NCBI RefSeq assembly: GCF_009834535.1
Contig: NC_045696.1
Span: forward strand, 34,350,001 to 34,414,000
Direction of reading: 5' to 3'
Source of the DNA: Camelus ferus
Taxonomy: Eukaryota
DNA: 64,000 nucleotides
This document shows, piece by piece, positions 53,291 to 64,000 of the stretch; the first letter of the stretch is position 1; every line of letters begins with the position of its first letter. The notes beneath the pieces are model-generated. The model searched no databases. It saw nothing but the letters and a program-made list of their open reading frames with translations, and was not told the DNA's origin. The position numbers and the translations under genes are program-made.

Positions 53291-53760
53291 GCCAGCTTAA
53301 ACTGCCAGCCATCTCCCTTGCAATGGCATCGGCCCATGAAATCTCAGTTCATTCCTCTTATCCTTGGCTATGCTGTTAGGAGTTTATCCCACAGATGTGC
53401 TATTCAGATCAGCCAAAGGTTTATACGTAGAATTCAGGGCTCCTCTCTCTTAGCCTCTCTCATTTCTGAAATCTCACATGACATTAGCCAGTGATTTTGG
53501 TTGATCCAAACTCAGTTGTCAGGTTCTTCCAGCCAGTAAGATTGTGAATTTTCTATTGAAGTTTTAGTTGCCTCACATGATGGAGACTGGTAACTGTCAT
53601 TGGTTTAAGAGTCATATATATGGGAAACTCACTTGGTGTGATTCCCTTCTACCAAGTGCTCATTTCCTTCTGGGGTCTGTCTGCTTTTGGACACCCTCTA
53701 GTGCCTTTAGGCTGGGCTTTTTTTCCTTCCCAGAAAAGATATATAGTTGTTATCTGTGTG
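53291..53760 (-). mobile_element. Old L1 5'-region fragment (L1M4/L1MD-like)
   Basis: 'tcagccaaaggtttatacgtagaattcagggctcc', 'ttcttccagccagtaagattgtg...ttctattgaagttttag'. Confidence 0.55.
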
Positions 53761-53987
53761 AGGACTGGTATGAAGGTTGGTCTGAAAGTTGGTGTGAGCT
53801 CTCTATCTGTATGAGAAGCCTTGATGTTCATTTTTTTAAATTATCGATGACCTTATTTACTTGCTTCAATATGTTACATTCAGTTAGAACAATGTTTCCT
53901 CTTTACCTAACATTATCATTTGTATCAGTCACTTTGAATAATACTAACTCTATTTCTTCATACCTAATGCATTCTCTCCTGCTATCA

Positions 53988-54045
53988 GATTTTTTAAAAT
54001 TATAGTTGGTTTACAATATTATATTGTTTCAGGTGCACAACATGA
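53988..54045 (-). mobile_element. Short L1 3' tip
   Basis: 'tatagttggtttacaatattatattgtttcaggtgcacaacat'. Confidence 0.7.
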
Positions 54046-54074
54046 GGTGGGGCAAAGCACTACTGCCAGATGTT

Positions 54075-55420
54075 TTTAGGAAAACATGTTCATTGAAATG
54101 CAACACGTATAATGAAAAATGCACAAATCGCAATACACTAATGAATTTTTCTCAAAGTAAACACACCATGGTAGCCAGCGTCTAGATCAGAATATAGAAC
54201 ATTATCAGTTCCCCAGACAGTCAATTTATGCCATCTTCCATTCACTATAAACTCTCTTCCTTAAAGTTAATAATTACTTGACTTCTGTTACCAATTAGGT
54301 TTTTTTTTGTTCTGGAACTTCATGTAAATGAAATCACACAATACATTAGATTTTTGGTGTGTCTGGATTCTTTGTAACTGAACGAGGCTGGTACCAAACC
54401 CAAGTCCAGCTGCTTGCCACTTGAAGGCCAATACTGTAGAGACAAGTGCTGCTGGAAAAGGAAAAGTTGCTTTATTCAGGAGGCCAGCAATCTGGGAAGA
54501 TAGTGAACTAATGCCCAAGACCATCTCCAAATAGCCATTTAGGAGTCAAAGGCTTTAAAGGCAGTATGAAGGGGAGGATGCAGGGTGCACATTCAGCTCA
54601 TGCACGGTTCTCTGATTGGTTGGTATTAAGGTGAAGTTTCGAGCATCACCAGTCTTCTGGTTTCAACCAGCCTAGGGTCTGTGTGCTTGTGATTAGCAGT
54701 TTTCATCTGGTGCAGCTCTGCCTCCTGTAAAAACAACTTATAATAAGTGTGTGTGTCAGACCTTTATCTAAATCTTTCAGGGACCTGGGAGTTTGATGAC
54801 TTTGCTGTGTGACTGGTTTATAGTCTAAATTGTTGCCAGTTTCCAGGCCCATGTCCTTGAGGTTGGTGTCTGGAATTAATAAGCAAGCAAGATGATTCTA
54901 TCTTAGTCAATTGTCTAAATTGTGTAAAAGTCAGTTGTCATTGTCTAAAATAGCTCTTAGACATGCTTGGGTCAGTAGGAATGGCAAATGTATGTTTCAG
55001 GTTTTATGCTGCTCAAAATGGGGCAGCCTATGCTCTGGCTACACTTTTACCCAACATTATATTTGTAAGAATCATCCATATTGTTTGCATGTAGCAGAAG
55101 CTCATTTATTTCCATTGTGTATTCTCTTGTCTGGAAAAAATAATTATTTATATGTTCTACTTTGGATAGATGTTTGGGCTGCTTCCAGCTTAAGGCTATT
55201 ACGAATAAACTACTATAAATATTTTAGTGCATGACTTTTAGTTCCAATGTGTACAAATTCCTATTGCTTATATATAGGGGTGGAACTACTGGAACATAGT
55301 ATTTACATATGTTCATATGTAGTTAATGCTGACAAACAGCTTACCAAAAAGTTGTTATCAATTGCCCACAGTGAATAAGTTTCTTTTGCTGTACATCCTT
55401 GTCAATACTTACTTTTATCA
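54075..55420 (-). mobile_element. L1MB/ME-like 3' end split by an ERV LTR
   Basis: 'gtgtctggattctt' (to 54372) resumes as 'cttttacccaacattat' (from 55044). Confidence 0.8.
54373..55043 (-). mobile_element. ERV1-class solo LTR (~670 bp), related in R/U5 to the 37057 LTR
   Basis: TG...CA termini, ctt(t)/cttt TSD, minus-strand AATAAA (54471-54476) and CCAAT box ('ctgattgg' near 54612). Confidence 0.85.
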
Positions 55421-57778
55421 TGTAAACCAGAAAATTTTCCCAATTAAGTTTTCTTATCCTACTTTACTTATGAATTCATGCAATTTCTCACTAAAATGAG
55501 AAGTAAGAGCTATTTTTAAAATAACTCCAATAAAACAATAATCCAGTGTCTTGAAGGAGTATCAAATAATTGCTCACTGTTTCTAACTAGAATATTCAAA
55601 ATAAGAGCCTCAAATGCAAAAGCGAATATTTTGTACTGAGACCCATCGGATCTGAATATGTTTATGCAGTTGGAGGAAGATTGAAGGCTGCTAGTCAGAA
55701 TATGATTTGGGATTCCAAACCTTGCTGGAGAAAGACTAGTCAAGGTAAATTTTAGTTATAATACATCCTTAAGAAAATCATAAGTACTTGGAGCAAAAAA
55801 CAACCAGCTGCTTCAAAATGTCTTTTGAGCCTATTAAAACACATTCTTATCTATAATACAGAGCATCACCAAAATTTGACCCAATACTATATTACCTTCA
55901 CATTATGAGGGAATTCAGAAATTGACCTAGAGAGGCACCTCAGAAAACAAAATGTTTGTTATTTATAGTATGCTCTCAATATTTTGTTTCTTGTAGCCAA
56001 GCTTTCTTTCTCTATACTTATTTAAAAAAAAAACTTTTTGTAGTTTTCCTGTAAAATATGGGTGTTTGATTTCTTACAGTTGTTCATTAGAGTTTCTCCT
56101 AGACTAGTGATTTCCAAAGGGAGGGGAAATTATTTGGGTTAGAAGAGGTGTGCATGGTGCATGTGTGGGCGTATGTGTGTGGTGGGGTATGTGTGTATGT
56201 GTGTGTTTTCAGGGGGCAGTGTTACTGAGGTGAAAGGAAGGGAGCATAGTACCACTTTTCTAGATTTCTTTATCCCCACCCTGAGCAATATTTCTGTAAA
56301 GAACATTAGCTGAACTTGAAGTGAAAGTCAGCTTACACCATTCAGTTTATAAACAAAATATTGATGCAGTGTGATGGTTGCAAGAAGTGAACTGATTTAT
56401 GAGAAGTGTTTTAATATAGAACACAGCAAAAACAACATCAGTACTAGCTTTTAACATGTTAAATTATTTTTATCATGCTCAGGGCCACGAAACGTTTCCT
56501 ACAACAGAAAATTTCCTGGTTTGAGTTCATCTCAACCTGTGGTGGCACACTAGCACTGTTCGTGTGAATCAGTGATGCTGGCTTAATATACTTTAGCATT
56601 TTTCCCTTTGATGAGAATGTGGTAATATTAACAGCAAGTTCATAGAGGTACCAGATTTTCCAGTCTCTCACTGTGCATTAAAATGTTCTGTCTTACCTCC
56701 TCTTTCCCTCATGTTCTTCTCTTTCACACACCCACACAGAAATCTTCAGAATAGTTAAAATGGAGGAAAAAAAAAAGTAGAAATCATGTTTGTTCTAGTA
56801 TGGGACAAAATATTTTATGATGGCAAAAATTGAAAACTTTTATTTAAAAATATCAAAGTAAAACAGATAACTCCAGGAAGATGAATTTTACCTTTATCTC
56901 TGAGTAACCCTCAGCAAACCAAGTATATATGCCTCAAGATGCATGCATTTCTTACTTAAAGATGTTGGGCATGTATAATACAAAAAAAAAAAAAAGAATT
57001 TAGACATGCACAACCCAATGAAAATTTGGTAATTTTTCTATGCAACTTGGAGTTTCTTTGCTTAAAAAAATACCAAATTCTATTTCATTCCTATTACTGT
57101 TCTAATTTCACTTACTGGAGAAAGTACAATATGGCTGAGATTTAAAGTGATACTACTTTGTACAAAATAATAGGAACTTTGATTTATAGTTTCATCAGAA
57201 AATTTTTCCACAGCTAGATTTGATTTCATAGCTTCTTTTTTTTCTTGTCTAAACGATTAATTAAAGGCTTATATTTAAATAGTGGTTCTGCTGGACAAAT
57301 GGAATAAACTGCAGATCAGAGTAAATATAGATTATTTTTGCTGTGGTTAATGATCTGGTTTGCCTTAAAAGTTTCATTAGTTTTTTTCCTTTCGGTGTTG
57401 TTCTCTCTGGCATTTCTTATGCTAACATTTTACTCTTTCCTCTCATTCTACAAGGCTAATCAGTGACATCAATTCATCAGATAAAATATGTACAATCTCT
57501 GACACTTTCTTTAGAAGATGATTTTGTTGCCATAGTGGCTTTTAGCTTGGAGGTTTCTGACATTTGTTGGATCTCATTGTTTCTTCTACCTCTTTTTTTT
57601 GATAACGAAGTAAATGAGTTTTGCTCAGGTTAATGTTAAAAATGCATGAAAAATTATGAAGAACTAATCAGATTAATTATATAGTCTTTTTCTCTTGTTG
57701 AAATTTGGGTTACATTTAGTTTTCTTTTGTATATGGTAGATAGTGAAACGTAGTAAAGTATCTACTTAGAAAATGGGA

Positions 57779-57900
57779 GAATGTGAAAATTAATATATGT
57801 ATGTATATGCGTAACTGGGCCATTGTGCTGTACACCAGAAATTGACACATTGTAATTGACTGAACTTACATAAAACATTTTTTTAAATAATAAAAAAAAG
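57779..57900 (+). mobile_element. Young cetartiodactyl-type L1/HAL1 3' tip with 10-bp TSD
   Basis: TSD gaaaatggga at 57769-57778 and 57901-57910; 'gtgctgtacaccagaaattgacacattgtaa' and A-rich tail. Confidence 0.9.
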
Positions 57901-58454
57901 GAAAATGGGAAGGGAGCACGTGGCTAACAAGAATATGCTTAAATAGAAAAGTTAGGGGAACATAAATCTTGGTAGCTGGTCTTCTTAAAATATTCTTTTA
58001 TACTTGCTGATATTTGATATTTCTGATTATATTTTATTTTCTTAGGTGAAATATTTTATATATACAAATACATATAATTACATAAATGTAAATCTAAATA
58101 TATAACATGTTTGAAATTTTTGAAAGCTTTAGGAAAAGATATAATATATATTTTAAGTAAGGAATAAATAAAATGAAACTCCAAAATAGATAGCTTTACC
58201 AGAGAATTAGAGCAAAACCTTTCTGCTTTTTGCCTGTGTCTATAAAATGCAAACAAAAGTTTCATCTATTATTAGCATTTTCTACTTAGCTCATAATTTA
58301 GAGTTCAATTAAATGTGTTTAAGGATCTAGCATTCCCTGTGGAGTTAGCTTTATTGTACTGAGCATCCGTGCACATTTATTTGCAACAAATATTCTGGTC
58401 CACTATCTGAATCTTGTAGGGTCGTGCCTTTTTAAATTATTAGCAAACCAGGAG

Positions 58455-59100
58455 AAATAATAGATGCAAATTGTCCTCTAAGAATGAAAGAAATAAAAAC
58501 TTCTCCAGATAAACAAAAGCTAAATAAGTTCATCATTAGAATTGTCTTACAAGAAATGCTAAAGGAAGTCCTTCAAGTTGAAATGAAAGAATACCAGATA
58601 GCAACATGAAAGCCTGTAAAAATATAACTCTGGAAAAGGTAGATATATACACAAATACAGAATTCTGTAACACTGTAATGGTGGTGCATAAGTCACTTTA
58701 ATTCTAGTATAGAATTTAAAAGATAAAGGCATTAAAGAAACTATAACATTATTAGGCTAATGGATACAAAATATAAAAACCATACAATTTGTGACATCGA
58801 TACCATGAAATAGGGAGGATGCAAAGTAGTAGAGTTTTGTATGCAATTGAAGTTAAGTTGTTATTAGTTTCAAATAGATTTTAATAACTGTGAGATGTTT
58901 AATGTAATCCCCATGGTAACCGAAAAGAAAATATCTAGGAATATACACAAAAGAAAGTGAGAAAGGAATCAAGTATGTCACTACAAAAAAACACCAAACA
59001 CAAAGGCAGATAGTAAGAGGAGAAAAGAATGATAAAATAGCTATAAGACATACAGAAAACAGTAAACAAAATGGCAATAACAAACCTTCACCTATCGGTG
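58455..59100 (+). mobile_element. L1 ORF1 C-terminus and inter-ORF spacer
   Basis: Translates as EIKTSPDKQKL... and LQEMLKEVLQVE, the L1 ORF1p end; 'aatccccatggtaacc' spacer motif. Confidence 0.85.
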
Positions 59101-59450
59101 AAATATTACTCCGCATTAAATGGAGAAACTACAAATACACTCAGTGGCATGGATGGATCTCAGAATCACTATGAAGAGTGTAAGAAGCCAGACACAAAAA
59201 AGTACATACAGCATGATTACATTTATATACATTCTTAGAAATGCAAAGTAACCTGTAGTGACAGAAGACACAAATAAGTGGTTGCCTGATCCCAGAGCAA
59301 AGGGAATAATGGACTGCAAATGGGGTACGAGTAAATATTGGAGAAGTGTTAGAAAAGTTTTGTATATTGATTGCAGGGTGGTTTTCAGGTGTATATAGCT
59401 GTCAAAATGCATACATATATTGCATCTCAATAATACTGATTTTTTAAAAG
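59100..59450 (+). mobile_element. L1MB/ME-like 3' end
   Basis: 'catggatggatctcag...agaagccagacacaaaaaagtacatacagcatgatt'. Confidence 0.85.
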
Positions 59451-60224
59451 ATACACTTTTTCACCAAAATTAGTCAACTCTTTAAAAGACATCATCAATA
59501 AAAAGACAAGTAGAAAATGTCAAAAACCTAAGTGGAATAAAGAAAAACTCATTTTCTTCTGATAATAGTGGTTATTGGAAACCTGGTTAGAACTAGTGTT
59601 GATTTTAGAAATGTTAACTGGATTACTTTATTTATAGGAACAAACTTTTCAAGAAATACTTCTCCAACTTATTCATTACAACCTAAAATTAAAATTTTCA
59701 ACAAACCCTTAAAATAGTTCAGTTAAAAAAGTGTGTATGGAGGTTTCTGTGTATATATGCATGTACTGAAGAGCATCCCTGCATATGTAAGGAGAGCTAA
59801 AGGGGAGGGAGAGAGAGAATGAGAGGGACTGACAGACGCAGAGAGAGAGCAGGTGTATCAACATGTTAACAGTTGGTAAATATAGGTGAGCTTGTTTGGA
59901 TTCTCAGTATATTATTCTTTCATTGTTCTTCCAGTTTTGACATTTTCAAAGTAAACAGCTGAAGTAAAACTTAATGAGAATCTTATCAAATTTAATGAGT
60001 CTTCCCACTGAAATTTTAATAACCCAAGAGAAGATAACACTGTAATGTGAGTACATATTTTGTAAAGCATTAAAGTAGAGGCATGAAATTACTAAATGAT
60101 TGAAGATGAGTAAGAAGCACTGTGAGTCAAAAAAATGGACTTTATGAACTGTCAAAAACTCCATCTAATTTCACAAATTTTCATATCAGGAACTCTGACT
60201 ATTTAATTATTTTAGGAGTATAAA

Positions 60225-60830
60225 ATAATGGCTATGAGCATAGACTTTGCAGTCTATTCCTTCTTGGTCCCTTATTAACTATTCACTTCTTTAAAACTTA
60301 GTGTCCTCAGATGTGAAATGGGAGAGTAAAAGTACTTACTTCCAGACAAGAAAGACAAATATCATATAATATCACTTATATGTGGAATCTAAAAAAAATG
60401 ATACAAATTCTGTGTACAAACCAAAAACAGACTCACAAACCTTAGAAAACAAACTATGGTTACCAAAGGAGGAAGAGGGGGGAAGAATAAATTAGGAGTT
60501 GGGGATTAACAGTCACACGTTACTGTATATAAAATAGATAAATAACAAGGACCTACTTACTGTAGGGCACAGGGAACTATATTCAATTTCTTGTAATAAT
60601 ATGTAATGGAAAAGAATTGGAAAAGAAAATACATACATGTATATGAAAAACTGAATCACTTTGCTGTACACCTGAAACTAACATTGTCAATCAGCTACAC
60701 TTCAATTTTTTAAAAAGTACTTATTTGAAGGATGTTTTGAAGATTGAATGAGATAATGAGTGTAAAGTGTATAACACAGTACTTAGTGCAAAATAAGCAC
60801 TAAAGAAATACTAACATCTATAATTACTAT
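60225..60830 (+). mobile_element. MIR split by an L1 insertion
   Basis: 'cttagtgtcctcagatgtgaaatggg' before and 'gaagattgaatgagataatgagtgtaaagtg...acagtacttag' after the L1. Confidence 0.8.
60342..60712 (+). mobile_element. Cetartiodactyl-type L1 3' UTR, 5'-truncated, with 14-bp TSD
   Basis: TSD aaaagtacttactt (60328-60341) / aaaagtacttattt (60713-60726); 'aaaatagataaataacaaggaccta...cacagggaactatattcaa'. Confidence 0.95.
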
Positions 60831-61959
60831 TATTTTAGAAGAAACTGAAGGAGATATATTCCTCAAATTGTGAATGAATAAATTTGCAATACAAAAATAA
60901 TCACATTTTTCATCCTAGCATCTGCCATTCCCCAACTCTAATGGAAGACTATTTTCATGTTTAGGTTGTTCCGAGAAGACTTTGACATTTCTGAAACACA
61001 AAAGATCTAATTTTATCAGTGTAAGCCTAGAGAACATCTTTTTCCTCCAAATTGGAACGAGTTATTTTATTGAGAAGATTAGAAGGTGAAAAAAAGCCAT
61101 ATATATCTAGGTTTGAGATGCTACAGGGAAAATGTTAGGCAGTTAAAAGATCCTTTCTTTGAAAATGAGGCTGTCCTGTCTGGTGATCCATACAGCCACA
61201 AAATTGTTTTCTTGTTTCCTTTAAATGAGCCCATGTTTGATCATTTGACAGTGACCATTTGATTCTTAAATAACTGGAAACCTATTGTACTGAGTAATTG
61301 CCAGTATGCTGAGTCTGATAAGTGAAATTCTAATATGAAAATAAGGTTAATAATTTAACTCTGATTTAGGCATGGTAACTTTGAATTTAGACCTCAGGTC
61401 TTACACCAGTGACCTCTGTTGAAAGTAGAATTGGGATTTCAGTGGAATAGTAAAAATATCTTAAAATTTCATTAACATTTCCTTGTATCAAATTATTAAA
61501 AGACAACTATAACAAAGGTGATCTTATGATTTTAATGGGAAGTTTAGAATATCTGTGGTTCTTACCTAATATGTACCTTATATCCTGAACTGCCCAGCAC
61601 AGACCCAGGTAATGTAAGGCAATCATAGGTAACATCTATGCAGTGTGCTCCTTTTAAAGACTGTGTTATCCAATTGATAATCCAAAATATGCCTTTCACT
61701 GATGAAGTGTTTGCTTTTCGTGGCATCTCAAGGAAGCAAAAATAATTCAAGATGCTATTTAGTGAATTAACACACTTAGGTAAAATTTACTCCTACTTAT
61801 AAATATATACTTTAAAACAACCTCAAAAATATTCTTGAGGGAATATAATTGCTTAAAATTTGGTGATTTTCATAAAACTTCATATCTACTCATATCCATT
61901 ATGGATCCTTGTAGCAATCCTTTAAGGAACAAGGACAAGTAATTTTAGATTGGAGTTTT

Positions 61960-62260
61960 TGAGAAGTTAATAAATAATTGGGAGAGAAGAGACATATCTT
62001 CTTTACAGAAGGATTCCAAATAATATATGTAGATAACTACTGCTTCCAGGAGGTGAAGCTTAATTTCCAACCCCTTCCTTTGAGTGTGAGCTAGACTTAG
62101 AATAGAATATTGAAAGACAAAAAATAATAACTTCAAGTGAAAGAAACCTGGTAAAACCACTTCATCCAACATTAACATTACCAGTAATAGCATATAGATA
62201 TCATGAACCCTCTAAAAGGATGGGTACATGATATGGGATGAGAAGGGCCCTTCTCATCAT
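61960..62260 (+). mobile_element. L1MC/L1MD 3' UTR internal fragment
   Basis: 'aggaggtgaagcttaatttcc...tgagtgtgagctagacttag...gaaacctggtaaa...aacattaccagtaatag'. Confidence 0.75.
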
Positions 62261-63485
62261 TTCAAATTACTTCAAAATAAAATTTATTTTTTACGTACTC
62301 ACATATTGATGCCAGTGCTAGGAGAAAGGTGAGTTCCTACTGAAAGTGTTCCCCCACTACATCTCAAATCAATTATTTCTTGATGTCCAGTAAGAAATTT
62401 TGTGCATATACACAAAAAGAATGTTTACAGTGGTGCATATTTTAACTTGCATTCAATTTATTAAAATTACAATTTAAATTAGTTCTTAAATCTTCAGAGA
62501 GAAATTCTAATAAATGCATATATAAATCTAGTATTTTTGTTAAAGTAAAAACCATGCAGTACTTCCTTGTTCTTTGATCAGTGCTCAATTTACTTGTAAG
62601 TTTGACAGATTGATTTCTGCTAAATATTTGGAATCATTTATAAACCCAATTAATTCAATTTCCTTAGACATTTTAAATTAGTTACAAATTTTAACACATC
62701 CAAAACCCTCAAGCATTTCAAACACCTAACAAGAAAGATTTACAAATCTAATAAACAATAGTCTCTTAAAATTTAACCACTACTTGTAAATATAAAAAGT
62801 CTACATTTCTGGAATATTATAGTATCAAATATTTTAAAAATCAAAAATTACATACAAACAATTTTTATCTTACAGTTATCAGTTTAAAATCATAAGTAAA
62901 AAAATGCATCCCTTAATCCCTCTTAAAATGAAAATTCTCACATCAAATAATCCTGAAAAACCCAAATTAAAAACCCTAAGTTTAATTAATCAATCACACT
63001 TTCTTAAATAAATTAAAATGACAAATTCAACATGACAGATCCTCTGATGTCAAATTATCTTTAGCATTTACAGACTTAATGAACAAACTGTACACAAGTT
63101 ATCATGTGGATTAAAAACCTATTCCTAAATTTAACATACATTGTACTATATCTATATGTCTTACTTCCATATTTTCTAAATACTAATATATAAACATTTC
63201 CACAGTTGTGAATGACTTGGAGGGTCATTTGCTGACTACAAGGGGAAGAATGCCAAACAGTGCAGATTTATGGTGTTAGTAAGCAAAGATACCGGCATAT
63301 GGGAATCTGGGTTCATCTTTCAGGATGATTTAGCCAGCACCTTTTTTGCAAAGATCCTTTCTTATAAAAATGGAGCATTCTAAACATCCTTCTTTTCCTG
63401 ACTTTTAATTGTCTGAATAGAACTGAGATTTCGTATCCCTATGCACACTGAAAATAACCTGCTTATTACCTGGTTGATTTATATA

Positions 63486-63532
<47 letters not shown>

Positions 63533-63533
63533 A
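63486..63533. repeat. (TAAA)12 microsatellite
   Basis: Directly visible. Confidence 0.98.
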
Positions 63534-63534
63534 T

Positions 63535-64000
63535 ATTATTGAAGTATACTCAGTTTACAATGTTGTGTCAATTTCTGGTGTATAACATAATGCTTCAGTC
63601 ATACCTGAATATGCATATATTCTTTTGCAGTCTTTTTCACCATAAGTTACTATAAGATATTGAGTATAAGTCCCTGTGCTATACATATAAACTTGTTGTT
63701 TATTATGTTTGCTTTAGACTGGTAGTCATGTAAGCTCAAACCCATCCTAAGAAGAAGAAAAGAAAAAACTGAAATGAAAAAAAATAAAAAAGAGAAAAAA
63801 ATCTATATTTTCTTGTTCCACTCTCCCACCTTTTATGATTTTGATGTCCTTTTTTTTTTTTAATATCTTCATGCGTATTCTCTTGCAAGTCATTGTAGTT
63901 GTAGCATTTCTAATTATGGTTTTCTCATTTCTATACCTTCCTGCTGATTTTCTATGTAGAGTAGACCTTTCAAGATTTCTTTTAGGACAGGTTTCGTATT
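63535..64000 (-). mobile_element. Young L1-derived element: 3' UTR tip joined to spacer/ORF1-like sequence (HAL1-like), running off the window
   Basis: 63535-63700 antisense 3' end 'ttgaagtatactcagtttacaatgttgtgtcaatttctggtgta...ccctgtgctatac'; 63700-64000 resembles antisense spacer/ORF1 end. Confidence 0.7.

Noticed and set aside
53568..54005. 145-aa ORF, the longest in the track
   Set aside because: Overlaps an antisense old L1 fragment, non-ATG start, composition typical of T-rich noncoding DNA
1..64000. CRISPR array, operon or other prokaryotic/viral system; CpG-island promoter
   Set aside because: Mammalian, repeat-rich, CpG-depleted DNA with no regularly spaced repeats or long ORFs

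Overview
AT-rich mammalian genomic DNA, most likely camelid (camel/alpaca/vicuna), inferred from two tRNA-Ala(AGC)-derived SINEs and cetartiodactyl-type young L1 3' ends. I recognise no intact protein-coding gene, functional tRNA/rRNA gene, CpG island or CRISPR/prokaryotic system. The listed ORFs are chance ORFs or decayed L1, L2 and MaLR fragments. A large part of the window is a layered transposable-element fossil record: L1 of several ages, L2, MIR, MaLR and ERV1 LTRs, hAT/Tigger MITEs, often nested and some with visible target-site duplications. LTRs and long L1s lie mostly on the minus strand, which suggests, but does not prove, a large intron of a plus-strand gene. The most notable features are a scrambled L1/MaLR junction with a displaced 44-bp LTR copy (51.5-53.3 kb), a strongly G-depleted tract (62.6-63.1 kb), ORF2-less 'half-L1'-like fusions, a possible ancient LTR split by an MLT1A, and several weak exon and enhancer candidates. 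I found no convincing new biological system. Repeat family names come from recalled consensus sequences and need RepeatMasker/Dfam confirmation; boundaries of old repeats are approximate.
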